This document shows, piece by piece, positions 40,482-52,417 of a DNA stretch of 64,000 nucleotides. Below the pieces are notes generated by a model. It was not told where the DNA came from and did no database searches. It was given only the letters and a program-made list of their open reading frames with translations. Numbering within the stretch: the first letter of the stretch is position 1; each line of letters begins with the position of its first letter. The translations under genes and the position numbers were made by a program. This DNA is from Octopus vulgaris (lineage: Eukaryota), in the NCBI GenBank assembly GCA_951406725.2, contig OX597826.1:25420001-25484000 (forward strand), read 5' to 3'.

Positions 40482-40771
40482 CTCTTACAGCTGTTTCAGT
40501 TTAGCCTAAAAGATTAAATACACATCTTAGAAGAACAGAATGGAATAAGTGGAGCAAGAACACACACGAAAACGAAAAGTGTTACTGAAGAGGTCACAGA
40601 TGTTTGACGAAAGATTTCCGGACGATGGACGTGAGTTAAAATAATAAAATGAGAACAGTAATAAATGAGTGAAGAAAAAATATATAGTGCGTGTGTTTAT
40701 TCGGGGAAAAAAATGACCGTCCCGAAATATAACAATTCAATCATTATATTAGGCAAAATCTCATCAGAAAG
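40482..40771 (-). ncRNA. Type I hammerhead with ~240-nt insert in loop II, in (TA)n-flanked element ~40418-40828
   Basis: Minus strand cttt-CTGATGA-gattttgcctaa...ttaggctaaact-GAAAC-agct-GTA-agag; palindromic ACAGCTGT helix III also at 13680-13692. Confidence 0.5.
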
Positions 40772-40828
40772 GTAGAAAAGATATACTGTTAGGTTATTAG
40801 ATGTCTTTTCGAATCATCTCAGCAGACT

Positions 40829-40875
<47 letters not shown>

Positions 40876-41236
40876 CCCCAAGGAAGTTAGAGGTTGTGAA
40901 TCCAACCCACTAAGGTATAATATCTATCCAATATACTGCTAGTAGAATATCCAATTATTAATACACAAGTGTTTTTATTGCATTACAATTACATTACCGA
41001 GTGTACTAAATGGGTGAAGGTAAAGAGATATTTTACCGTTAATTTATAGGGCAATAAGAAAATGGTGGTTCATCAACTTTTAGACATATATTATGTCAAT
41101 TTATTCATTCATTTACTAAAATGACAATTACAAGAATATAGATACATATATAACATATTATGCTTTACATATAAAATATATACAGATACCAGTAATTATT
41201 AAAATATAACATACATGAATATAAACTGTGAATATA

Positions 41237-41281
<45 letters not shown>

Positions 41282-41484
41282 GGGAGTGAGAGAGAGAGGC
41301 GGGGGAAGACGGAAGTAGAGATTCAAAGTGATGGAGAATGTTATTTTTTACGGTTGTTTCTCTTACCGTTGAGATATTGGGAGTGAATACGCTAACACGA
41401 TACGGGAAGGGTCTGAAGGGAACATATATATGTACATACATACATATATACATACAAACATACATACATACATACATACATACA

Positions 41485-41516
<32 letters not shown>

Positions 41517-41580
41517 GATTCATACGTACGTACATACATACATACATACATACATACATACATACATACATACATACATA

Positions 41581-41965
41581 CAGTAAGGATTGCCCCGACG
41601 TATACATCAAAGGCATGTCAGAACCAGCAGGTATTCACACCTTTAAAAACAGGGAATATCGGTGGAACACCCCAATAAAAGCATCAATTCGGTGCAAACA
41701 TAACTGACCTGATATTGTTCTGTGGGACAAGGAACTAAAGTCATACACTATTGTAGAAGTCAGTTGTCCCGCGGGTGTGAATGTACAACCAAAGGTCCAG
41801 GGGAAAAAGAACATTTATGGTGAGTTCATGCAAACTAACAGCTCTTGTACCCTAACCATAAATTTTCATTTGTACATATCATCATTGGTGCATTAGGCTA
41901 AGTGCTCACAAATTTACACAAAAACCTAGAAAAACTGTTCTTCTAAGAAAGAACAAAAAGAAGCT
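41581..41965 (+). pseudogene. Restriction-like endonuclease fragment of an R4/Dong-type non-LTR retrotransposon
   Basis: Translates KHN*PDIVLWDKELKSYTIVEVSCP...IIIGALG; begins directly after (CATA)n. Confidence 0.78.
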
Positions 41966-41989
41966 GCCACTGAGGAGATTTATTCGTTT

Positions 41990-42211
41990 ATTCTCTTATT
42001 TGTTTCAGTCATTTGACTGCGGCCATGATGGACCACCGCCTTTAGATGAACAAATCGCCCCCCCCCCCAAGACTTATTCTTTGTAAGCCTAGTACTTATT
42101 CTATCGGTCTCTTTTGCCGAACCACTAAGTTACGGGGACGTAAACACACCAACATCGGTTGTCAAGCAGTGATGGGGGGACAAATGCAGACGCACAAACA
42201 TACACACACAC

Positions 42212-42281
<70 letters not shown>

Positions 42282-42443
42282 CCGGGCTTCTTTCAGTTTC
42301 CGTCTACCAAATCCACTCAAAAGGCTTTGGTCGGCCCGAGGTTATAGTAGAAGACAGTTGCTCAAGGTGCCGCGCAGTGGGGCTGAACCCATAACCATGT
42401 GGTTGGTAAGCAAGCTACTTACCACACAGCCACTCTTGCGCCT
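41990..42443 (-). mobile_element. SINE family A, full length
   Basis: Head, internal (TA)n and tail all present. Confidence 0.88.
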
Positions 42444-42734
42444 AAAACATTCCAAAGATTCTCCATCTGAGATTCTTTACGTGCATAGACACACACGCTT
42501 AAGTGTGTGCATCTAAAACACCATCTCAACCACATATTTACTAACACCGGGAATTCAAAATGTCGCTTTGTTGGCGATCGGTTTGAATTCTCTTAAGAAC
42601 TTGAATAGAACTCGAGGAAATATCATACATACATACATATATACACACACACATACATACATACATACATACATACATACATACATACATACATACATAC
42701 ATACATACATACATACATACATACATACATACAT

Positions 42735-43128
42735 GGTGGCTGCCCCTCGTTATCGAGTATGGCCATTGCACGAAGCTTAATCAATGTCGTTACCGTGCAA
42801 TGCCTGTGCAAGAAGATTTTTTTTAAGTGGGGAAAGGCTGTGCACTGAGTCAATCCCACTCACTAAGCAACAGCAGCCATAATCCGAAAAGAAGAACAAG
42901 TCAACATCATCGGTAACCACTGAGCCGCAGGTTTTAATGTCGGAGTTATCCCAGTTACCTGAGTTGCCTTCTCCTAGAAGGATGCTCTAACAAAGGCTAG
43001 GAGTCCTTCATTACCAATGGTTTAACTGCGCGATCGGGTATTCAGTCCGATTATTTCTATGTCCCCGCGCATGATACAACCTTAAGACATTTATTGGATG
43101 GCCGTTGACTCTCAAGAGTTCCTCCGCC
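42735..43128 (-). mobile_element. 5'-truncated copy of the bipartite RTE-like non-autonomous element
   Basis: Near-identical to 45385-45777; (ATGT)n tail. Confidence 0.8.
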
Positions 43129-43840
43129 ATACGTATATATATACATAATGTTTGTCTCATCTTGTCAGGTGTTTGTCTCATCTTGTCAGATGATAACCGT
43201 CTCATATTCAGCCGGATCGTTTTGATTCACTCTCATCCTTGATATGCGAGGATATGATGTTTTTCACTAACCATCTATCGCCATTGGACTTTATTAATTA
43301 CAAGCGGATCAGGAAATGAAATAGTAACGAAACATCTGTAAGTCATTGGATTTAAATAACAAAAGCTGATACAGCACTTTTGCTTCTCTCTTGGTCGCTA
43401 TAATAGGTTCCAGTGATAAGCATTGCAAGATGACAGGCTCTGTTTTGACATCAATAGGATGGCAAGCTGGCAAAATCGTGAGCGCGCCGGGCAAATTGCT
43501 TAGTGAGCATTTCGACTGTAGTTACATTCTCAGTTCAAATTCCACCGTGGTCGACTTTGCCTTTCATCCTTTTGGAGTCGATAAAATAAGTACCAGTTGA
43601 ACACTGGGGTCAATGTAATAGACTTAACTCTGTCCACAAAATTTCTGGCCTTGTGCCAAGGTTTGAAACCACTATTTTGGCAGCAAATTTTATGTCAGAG
43701 TACCTTTCTCCGAGACGAGCTACCTCCCACACGACTTTGTCAAAAATAACGTGAGCCTCTCTACTCCTGACATACATACATACATACATACATACATACA
43801 TACATACATACATACATACATACATACATACATACATTTA

Positions 43841-44292
43841 TGGCTGCCCCCTCGTTATCGAGTATGGCCATTGCACGAAGCTTAACTGTTATTGGTGCTG
43901 TGATCGAATGTGACTTTTTAGCCCAGCTAAAGATCTACAATGTCTTGTACAAAATTGGCAACTAAAACCTTTACTGGTAATAGCCGGCTGTAGTTGTAAC
44001 TGGACTTCATGTACCTTTGCATGTCGTTTAAGTCCTCCTGCCGAATTACACTCTCTTCCACATGCCCGACAGATATGATTAGTATGGTGTGTTACACCAC
44101 CACCAATGGCCAGGTTGTCCCTCATCTGTCTCGTTTTATGACTACGAAGATGACTCTTGAGTCCAGCTTTACTGAAGCAGGGTCTTGCACAGAGATTGCA
44201 AGTCAGCATCAAAGGAAGACCCTTCCCTTCTGGAAGTGTAACAGCGATGCCCTTCCTGACATCCCTCCTTACTTTCTTATGTGCAACTCGAG
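43841..44292 (-). mobile_element. 3' end of an RTE/BovB-like LINE with three C2H2 fingers and an (ATGT)n tail
   Basis: CNLC..GLKSHLRSH, CRAC..GLKRHAKVH, CQFC..GLKSHIRSQH, stop at 43889; last ~45 nt shared with the 42735 and 45385 elements. Confidence 0.75.
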
Positions 44293-44302
44293 ATACATAC
44301 AT

Positions 44303-44333
<31 letters not shown>

Positions 44334-44399
44334 TACATACATACATACATACATACATACATACATACATACATACATACATACATACATACATACACA

Positions 44400-45300
44400 C
44401 ACTACAGATTCAAGCGATCACAGGAACTGTACAAATCTGTACAACTTTCCAGAAGTTTATCATTTAAGTATAATTTAAGTTAGTTAGATAGATAGATTGA
44501 TAGATAGACACACAGGCATGCAGGCAGACAGACAAAAAGGAATACAGACAGGGAAATAGATAGACAGACAGACAGATAGATAGAAAGCAGTACATACATA
44601 GATTTTCTGGCACCCAGTCGGTAGCGACAATGAGTGTTCCAGTTGATCCGATCAACTGAACATCCTGCTCGTGAAATTAACGTGCAAGTGGCTGAGACAC
44701 ACCTACTCTGAATAGAGTTCTCAAGGAAGTTCAGCGTGACAGAGAATTACAAATTTACATTTATAACTATAATAATTGGAGCGCTTGGTTTTGTAAGTAA
44801 ATGTTTAATTGTCACCCTGGATAAGCTTGGATTCTCAGGAAAAGAAATCAGCCAACTGATTCGCACATTACAAATAGAATCTGTAAGCGGAACCGTAAAA
44901 GTATGCAAGACTTTTATCATGTTTAAAATGTGACATCGTTTTCGTTATTTACATTCCAAGAAACCAGACCCTTCTTCAAAGGAAGAATTCAAATAGTTAA
45001 AAACAGAAAAGAACATACGTACATACATACATACATACAGTTCAGGTTTATACTTGTAATTATTGGGGCACTGGGATACATAACACACTGCCTAAATACC
45101 AGTCTTGAGAAATTAGGCTTCATAAAATCAGAAAGTAGAAAGCTGATTCGAAGACTAAATATCCAAGCCATCATTGGAACTGTAAAAATCTGTAAAACTT
45201 TCCAGAAGTTTATCATTTAAGTATATATATGCATGTCTAGATATGCAACTATATGCATGAGAATACATACATAAAACAAAGCATACAAATCTACATACTT
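44400..45300 (+). mobile_element. Three 3'-terminal fragments of R4/Dong-like RLE retrotransposons at (CATA)n
   Basis: 44400-44470, ~44745-45012 and 45039-45300 encode the same C-terminus (IIGALG..L.KLGF...LIR.L.IQ.I.GTVKICKTF.KF). Confidence 0.75.
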
Positions 45301-45384
45301 ACATAAATACATACATACATACATACATACATACATACATACATACATACATACATACATACATACATACATACATACATACAT

Positions 45385-45933
45385 GGTGGCTGCCCTCGTT
45401 ATCGAATATGGCCATTGCACGAAGCTTAATCAATGTTGTTATCGTGCAATACCTGTGCAAGAAGATTTTTTTTAAAGTGAGGAAAGGCTGTGCACTGAGT
45501 CAATCCCACTCACTAAGCAACAGCAGCCATAATCCGAAAAGAAGAACAAGTCAACATCATCGGTAAACACTGAGCCGCAGGTTTTATATCGGAGTTATCC
45601 CAGTTACCTGAGTTACCTTCTCCTAGAAGGATGCTCTAACAAAGGCTAGGAGTCCTTCATTACCAATGGTTTAACTGCGCGATCGGGTATTCAGTCCGAT
45701 TATTTCTATGTCCCCGCGCATGATACAACCTTAAGACATTTATTGGATGGCCGTTGCCTCTCAAGAGTTCCTCCGCCCTTTGACGGGTTTTGTTTTTCAT
45801 ACCGCGGGGTGTCCAATAAACACCCTCCTCACCAAGCAAGCTTGGTGGGTTTGCGGTTTAGTCGCCGACGATCCGACCATGCAACAGGTTGTACTGGGTT
45901 ACATGTTACCAGTAGCACTCGAAAGTGACCTGA
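45385..45933 (-). mobile_element. Bipartite non-autonomous RTE-derived retroposon (5'UTR-like body + LINE 3' end)
   Basis: RTE 5'UTR-like motif ctaggagaaggtaactc..taaaacc, no ORF, 3' terminus matching the LINE at 43841, (CATA)n on both sides. Confidence 0.68.
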
Positions 45934-47352
45934 CATAACATACATACATACATACAAGATGCAATTGAAAACGTCGATTATGTCACATTTCTGAAAAAAA
46001 AATCAGACACGTGATATATATATACATACATATGTGTATATATATATAGCAGAAGACCAAGGTACCACGCAGTAAGACTGGACCCAGAAACATGTGTTTG
46101 GGAAGCAAACTTCTCACTACACACGCACACACACACACACACACACACACGTTTGACTGCAGCGATGCTGGAGCACCGCCTTAAAGGGCTTTTAGTCGAA
46201 GAAATCGACTCCAGGATTTATTTCTTTAGTCTAATACTTATTCTATCGGCTCTTTTTCCGAACCGCTAAGTTATCGGGGCGTAAACACTCAACGCTGTTT
46301 GTCAAGCGGTAGTGACACACACACACACACATACACACACATGTGACGGGCCTCTTCAGTTTCCGTCTAACAAATTCACTCACAGTCTGTAGTAGAAGAT
46401 AGTTGCCCAAGCTGTCACACAGTGGGACTGAACCCAGAACCACGCGGTTGGGAGGCAAACTTCTTAGTTTCTGTTTATCAAAATCTTCTCACAAGGTTTA
46501 AGTTGGCCTGAGGCTATAGTAGAAAAGAAAATCCCGTATCACTAAGGTGCCTCGCAGCAGGACAGAACTTGAAACCACGTAGCAAAGAAGCGAACATCTT
46601 AACCACCTAACCATGCAAGTACCTAAAGTCGCAGAAAAAAAATTATCAGAGTGTGACTGATTACGTTCTTAGAGGGAAATCATTTACTAACACTAAGCTT
46701 AAGTTTCCGTCCGGTTGTACGCTGTCAGTCTAATAACTTCTACAGACGAATTTACGACTGAATATTGAAGCAGCTGTTCAACCAATCAAATTCTTTTATA
46801 TTCAAATGTATCTGTGCTATTAAATTACTTGTGTGTTAACAACGTTTCGTTTCGTTGCTGTGATGTACTGTAGACCATGTCTGTAGGGCTTTTGCAGATA
46901 ACGCTATGTGTTACAGCGGCAGCGATTGTAAACAATTAGACAATACTCTATGTGTGAGGATAGAAAAAGAAAGACAATTTGTATTGTATATACGGCTCTA
47001 AAAAGAGCAGAAAAGTATGTATAACTGTTCTTTCTTCTGTCCGAGCACATATTGTACAGACAAAATTGTTTACTATCGTCATAACATACAATGCTAGCTT
47101 TAAAAAAGTCGCAAGAGCAAAAACTGTAATACACGTTCGACATCTTCTATCTGTTATCGTTTACTTGTTTGTCATTCGACTGCGGTCATATTGGGAGACA
47201 TTGCATTGAAGGGTAACAGTCAAATAAATTGATCTCAGTACTCGTTTTTTTTTTATGTTGTTGTTGTTTTTTTCTTTTTAAAGCTTGGTATTTATTTCGT
47301 CGGTCTTTTTTGCCGAACTGAAATGTTACGGAGACATAAACAAACCAGCACC

Positions 47353-47792
47353 GGATCTTTTCGGTTTGAACGGCAGTTTTTAACATAATTTCTAGGTAAC
47401 TAAAAAAAATTTAAACTTCGTGTACTGATAGAATGTGTTTATAAAACATTTTTCTCTTGGCTTTATTGAGAAAATTCTATGGTTTGTAAGATATTTGTTG
47501 TTTTTTCTTCAATTTCTGCAATTTCAACCAATCACTGACGTCCATTGAGGTAAAAAACATTCTGTGCCGTATGAATATGCCCTCGTTTAAGAAACAGATT
47601 GGGTTTATTTACATTTGTGAAGAAAAAAGATACCCTTCCCCCCATCCTTAACCCTAACCCTAACCCTAACCCTAACTAACCCTAACCCTAAAACAGATTG
47701 AAATGCAATAGATCGATACTAGGGTCATAATTATGGGTGACAATTTCATATGACACCGCTAGAAAAAACAGCCGTTCAAACCGAAAAGATCC
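47353..47792. mobile_element. MITE with ~29-bp TIRs and 9-bp TSD (Mutator-like), carrying (CCCTAA)n
   Basis: ggatcttttcggtttgaacggcagttttt / aaaaacagccgttcaaaccgaaaagatcc; TSD accagcacc at 47344-47352 and 47793-47801; inserted in a family A SINE. Confidence 0.9.
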
Positions 47793-48519
47793 ACCAGCAC
47801 CAGTTGTCAAACAGTGGGGGTCGGTTGACAAAAACAAACATAAAGATACATGGATACAGACACAGGCGGGCTTCCACACGGTTTCCGTTTCACTAAATTC
47901 ACTCGCAAGGTAATGGTAAGTCCGAGCGCTGCAATAAGAAGACACTTACTCAAAGATCTGTGAAGCGTGTGATTCCAGAGCGAGCTACTTAGCAATACAG
48001 CCAAACCTATTTACACGCGAGTAATTCAAAGTTCAATCACGAAACTGGGTCACCACATTAAGGAGTTCAAGTCACAACATCGCACAGCCTTGTTTACGTG
48101 AACGGCCGAGTTATTAGCCACTCGGCGGTCGGTTTTCACGTGATAAATAATTCTAGATCCTTCTAGAATATCATCAAACTGTGGCCTGCTTCACACATTC
48201 CCTTGCTGTTATAGAGTCGTTTTAACGATTCCATGCTCAACCTGGATATGTGTTATATCAGGCAGATATGAATCGATGTGTACAGCCTGTAATGTTCAAT
48301 GAGGCTCCAGTACCAAGCCTTTGTAGTCAGCTTAACACGCATGTTACAGCTGTGTGGACTTAATCGTTCGTATTATGTTATTACATCATTACACGCATTG
48401 TCCCACACATCATCATTAGCAGCAGCAACATGTATACAATGGAACCAAGTAATAACTACCACCACACAACATTGCCAAGAAAGTGCTAAATATGTAAACT
48501 GAGCTGTCTAATTTATTTT

Positions 48520-48675
48520 AACCGCTGATAACCAGAGAGAACAAAGAGTCGTCATTCTCAGTGACTGGCGTAGCAGCATCATTTATTATTATCAACTGTT
48601 ACAAGAACGAAGGAAGAGCTCTAGAAAAGAACGACTACAGAGACATCAAACTAATAGAGAGGATTACGAAAGTAA
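48520..48675 (+). pseudogene. Old RTE reverse-transcriptase fragment
   Basis: DWRSSI..INCYKNEGRALEKNDYRDIKL resembles DWCSSILVNCYKGKGDALDTNNYRGIKL at ~7992-8076. Confidence 0.65.
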
Positions 48676-49354
48676 TTACTCTTTTACTCGTTTCAGCCAC
48701 GCGGCTGCAGTCATGCTGGAGCACCATAATAAGTTAGCATTCTAATTATAAAGAAAAAAAGAATGATATCTATATAGACACAAGCTTGGCTGTGTGGTTA
48801 AGAAGCTCGCTTTGCAGCCATGTCGTTTCAGTTTCAGTCCCACTGCGCGGCACCTTGGACAAGTGTGTTCTGCTATAACCCCAGTCAACCAGTGCCTTAA
48901 GAGTGAATCGGATAGACGGAAACAGTGTAGAATCGCGCCATAGGCGCAGCGTGGGTGTGGGGTAAGAAGTTTGCTTCCTAACCTCATGGTTCCAGGTTCA
49001 GTCTAATAGTGACACCCTGGGCAAGTGTCTCATACAATAGCCTCGGACCGACCAAAACCTTGTGAGTAAATTTAGTAGACGGAAACTGAAAGAATGCTGT
49101 CGTATATATATCTATGTGCGTTTGTCTTTGGGTATGTGATTGTCCCTCACTAGCGTTTGACAACAGGTGCTGGTGTGTTTACCCTCATGTAACTTGACGG
49201 TTCGGTAAAAACGACCGACTGAATTTAAGAACCAGGTTTCAAAAAAATAAAAATTCGTTCGACTTAAATCCTCCAAGGCTGTAGTCAAATGACTGAAACA
49301 AGTTAAAGGTAAAAGATATGTGTGTGTGTGTATAGATGTATATATATGTATATA

Positions 49355-49695
49355 GGCGCAGGAGTGGCTGTGTCGTAAGTAGTTCCGGGTTCAATCCCAC
49401 TGTGTGGCACCTTGGGCAAGCGTCTTCTACTATAGCCGTGGTCCGACCAACGCCTTATGAGTGGATTTGGTAGACGGAAACTGAAAGAAGCCTGTCGTAT
49501 ATGTAAATGTATGTATTTGTGTGTCTGTATTTGTCCTCCTACCATCACCTAACAACTGACGTTGGTGTGTTTACGTCCCTGTAAACTAGTGGTTCGGCAA
49601 AGAGACCGATGGAATAAGTACTAGGCTTACAAAGAATAAGTCCTGGGGTCGATTTGTCTGAGTAAAGGCGGTGCTTCAGCATGGTCGCAGTCATT
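49355..49695 (+). mobile_element. SINE family A
   Basis: Head through ggcggtgcttcagcatggtcgcagtca. Confidence 0.82.
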
Positions 49696-49699
49696 ACAA

Positions 49700-50660
49700 T
49701 GAACACAGTTTTACCAACGAATTACAAGTTTGATTATTCCAATAACATGAAAATCTGGAGTTCTGGAGCTGATGAACTCTTTGAACGCACTTTCAGCATC
49801 GATTTGATTTTCGAAGCCCTTCTCTCGCAGGAAACCGCCAAGGTGCTTGAAAAAGTGGTAGTCGGTAGGAGAAAGGTCTGGGGAATAAACTGGGTGGGGA
49901 AGAACTTCGTAGCCAAGTTCCTTCAACGTCTGCAGCGTCATTAGTGAAATGTGTGATCAAGCGTTGTAATGAAGAATGATTGGCCCTCTTCTTTCTGTTG
50001 ACCAGTCTGGGATGAAGTTGTAGCAGTTTATGGCCATTTCATGGACATATGTTTCTGCAGTAATGGTTTTTCCAAGTTTTAAGAAGTTATAGTGGATGAA
50101 TCCAGCAGTACACCACCAAATAGTCACCATAACTTTCTTTTTGAAGAGCTCGAGTTTAGGGAAGGTTTTCGGTGCTTCATTTTGGTTCAGTCACTGCGAA
50201 GAATGCTTTTCTATTATTGTACAGAATTCACTTTTCATCGCAAGTTACAATACGGCCAAGAAATGGATCGGTCTGGTTTCGGAGAAGAAACGACGAGCAA
50301 ATTCCATATCTGCACATTTTTTTATTTTCATTCAAATCGTGTGTCGAGCTTTTTTTATTTTCTGATCGCATGCAGTTTTCTGGTTAACTTGAAGTTTTTT
50401 GTTAGTTCTCGACTGGTTTTACGTGGATCTTTTTCAACGACAGTCTTTAATTGACCGTCATCGATGACATATGGGCGTCTACTACGCTCACGATCTTCAA
50501 GGCTCAGGTCTCCACTGCGAAATCGTTTGAACCAATTTCGAGCTAACCACTCATTGGTCATTTCCTCGACAAACGTTTCGTTGATATCGCGAGCAGTTTC
50601 GTCCTTTTTTGAAGTTGAATAGCAAAACTGCTCGAATATCGCGCTTTGACAGTTCAATTT
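49700..50660 (-). pseudogene. mariner (Mos1/Hsmar-type) transposase, fragmented
   Basis: N-terminal HTH (TARDINETF..WFKRFRSGDLSLED.ERS.RP) in ORF 50355-50657 and HPVYSPDLSPTDYHFF in ORF 49711-49941; multiple frameshifts; TIRs not resolved. Confidence 0.88.
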
Positions 50661-50932
50661 CAGATTATTGTAACAACAGTGAAAAAAATATCAATGTTAA
50701 TTCATTGATGCATCTGGTCAAGTCTGTATTATTAGACAATTGCAAAAAAAATGTTTAAAAAAATTTCAAAACTCTGCAAAAATCCGGTACAAGTTCTTCA
50801 TGGTTCAAAACGTTGCTTACTTTTTACTCAACCTGATCTATATATTTACATATTATATATACACACACATATGCACACACACACACATACACACACACAC
50901 ACACACACATATATATATGTAAATATATATAC

Positions 50933-51023
<91 letters not shown>

Positions 51024-51175
51024 AGTGGCTGTGTAGTAAGTATCTTGCTTACCAACCACATGGTTCCGGGTTCAGTCCCACTGCGTGGTACCTTGGGCAA
51101 GCGTCTTCTATAGCCTTGGGCTGGCCAAAGACTTGTGAGTGAATTTGGTAGACGGAAACTGAAAGAAGCCCGTCG

Positions 51176-51218
<43 letters not shown>

Positions 51219-51728
51219 TGTGTGATAGCGTTTTAGGAAAGTTCCTGGCAGCTTCTCTCAACACAGCCAATGTTTCGTATGATGAAGCACGTGTTGTATT
51301 GAGAAGCAGCCGAAACAACATCTTTCACATAATGAATACCAAGAAGATATATGCTCTGAGTTACTTTTATTTCTAGTTCCATTTTAAAGTATCGTAAAGT
51401 ACGAAACGGAATACTTTACATCAGTCACAACACTTTAATCATTTGATCTCCAATTTCAATTGCTGTGTTTTGAATAATAGTATGAAGTGATCTTTTATTC
51501 TTTTACACTTTTACACTTTTAAACTTTTATTCCATTATTTGTTCAAGTCATCAGACTGCGGCCATACTGGAGTGCCGCCTTGAAGAATTTCAGTCGAACG
51601 AATCGATTCTAGTATTTTTTTTTTAACCTGGTACTAGTCTATCGGTCTCTTTATTGCTGAACCGCTAAGTTACGTGGACGTAAACACCGCTTGATTGCTT
51701 GTCAAGCGGTGGTGGTGATGGGACAAAT

Positions 51729-51828
<100 letters not shown>

Positions 51829-52059
51829 ACTCACAAATACGCATGCACGCACGCACACAAACAAGTTTCTTTCAGTTGTCGTCTACGAAATCCACTCTGA
51901 AGGCTTCGATCAGCTCGTGTCTTATAGTTGAAGACACTTGCTGAAGGTGGGGATTGAACCCGGGAACTATGTAGTTGGGAAGCAACCCTTTTGTTTTTGT
52001 CTTCTGTTGTTTTCTCTTTCTCTTTTTCAGAGTATATAAAAAAGCTGATTGTTTTGACA

Positions 52060-52207
52060 CCGTCGAGCAAATCGACCCCAGGCCTTATTCTTTGTAAGCC
52101 TAGTACTTACTCTATCGGATTTCTTTTGCCGAACTGCTAAGTTACGGGGACGTAAACACACCACCATCTGTTGTCAAGCGATGTTGGGGGGATAAACACA
52201 GACACAG

Positions 52208-52244
<37 letters not shown>

Positions 52245-52417
52245 CATATATACGACGGGCTTCTTTCAGTTTCCGTCTACCAAATCTACTCACAAGCCTT
52301 TGGTCGGCCTGAGGCTATAGTAGAAGACATTTGCCCAAGGTTCCACGCAGTGGGACTGAACCCGGAACCATGTGGCTCGTAAGCAAGCTACTTACCACAC
52401 AGCCACTCCTACGCCTA
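52060..52417 (-). mobile_element. SINE family A
   Basis: Matches family consensus, including internal (CA)n(TA)n. Confidence 0.85.

Noticed and set aside
40580-40625. Plus-strand CTGAAGA-g-gtca..tgac-GAAA motif
   Set aside because: Helix II is present but I could not form helices I and III
43889-44398. ORF with three C2H2 fingers as a host zinc-finger gene
   Set aside because: No TGEKP linkers, start lies in (ATGT)n, and it ends in a retroposon terminus shared with other repeats; read as a LINE C-terminus
47645-47691. Telomere or chromosome-fusion relic
   Set aside because: Short and internal to a TSD-bounded MITE
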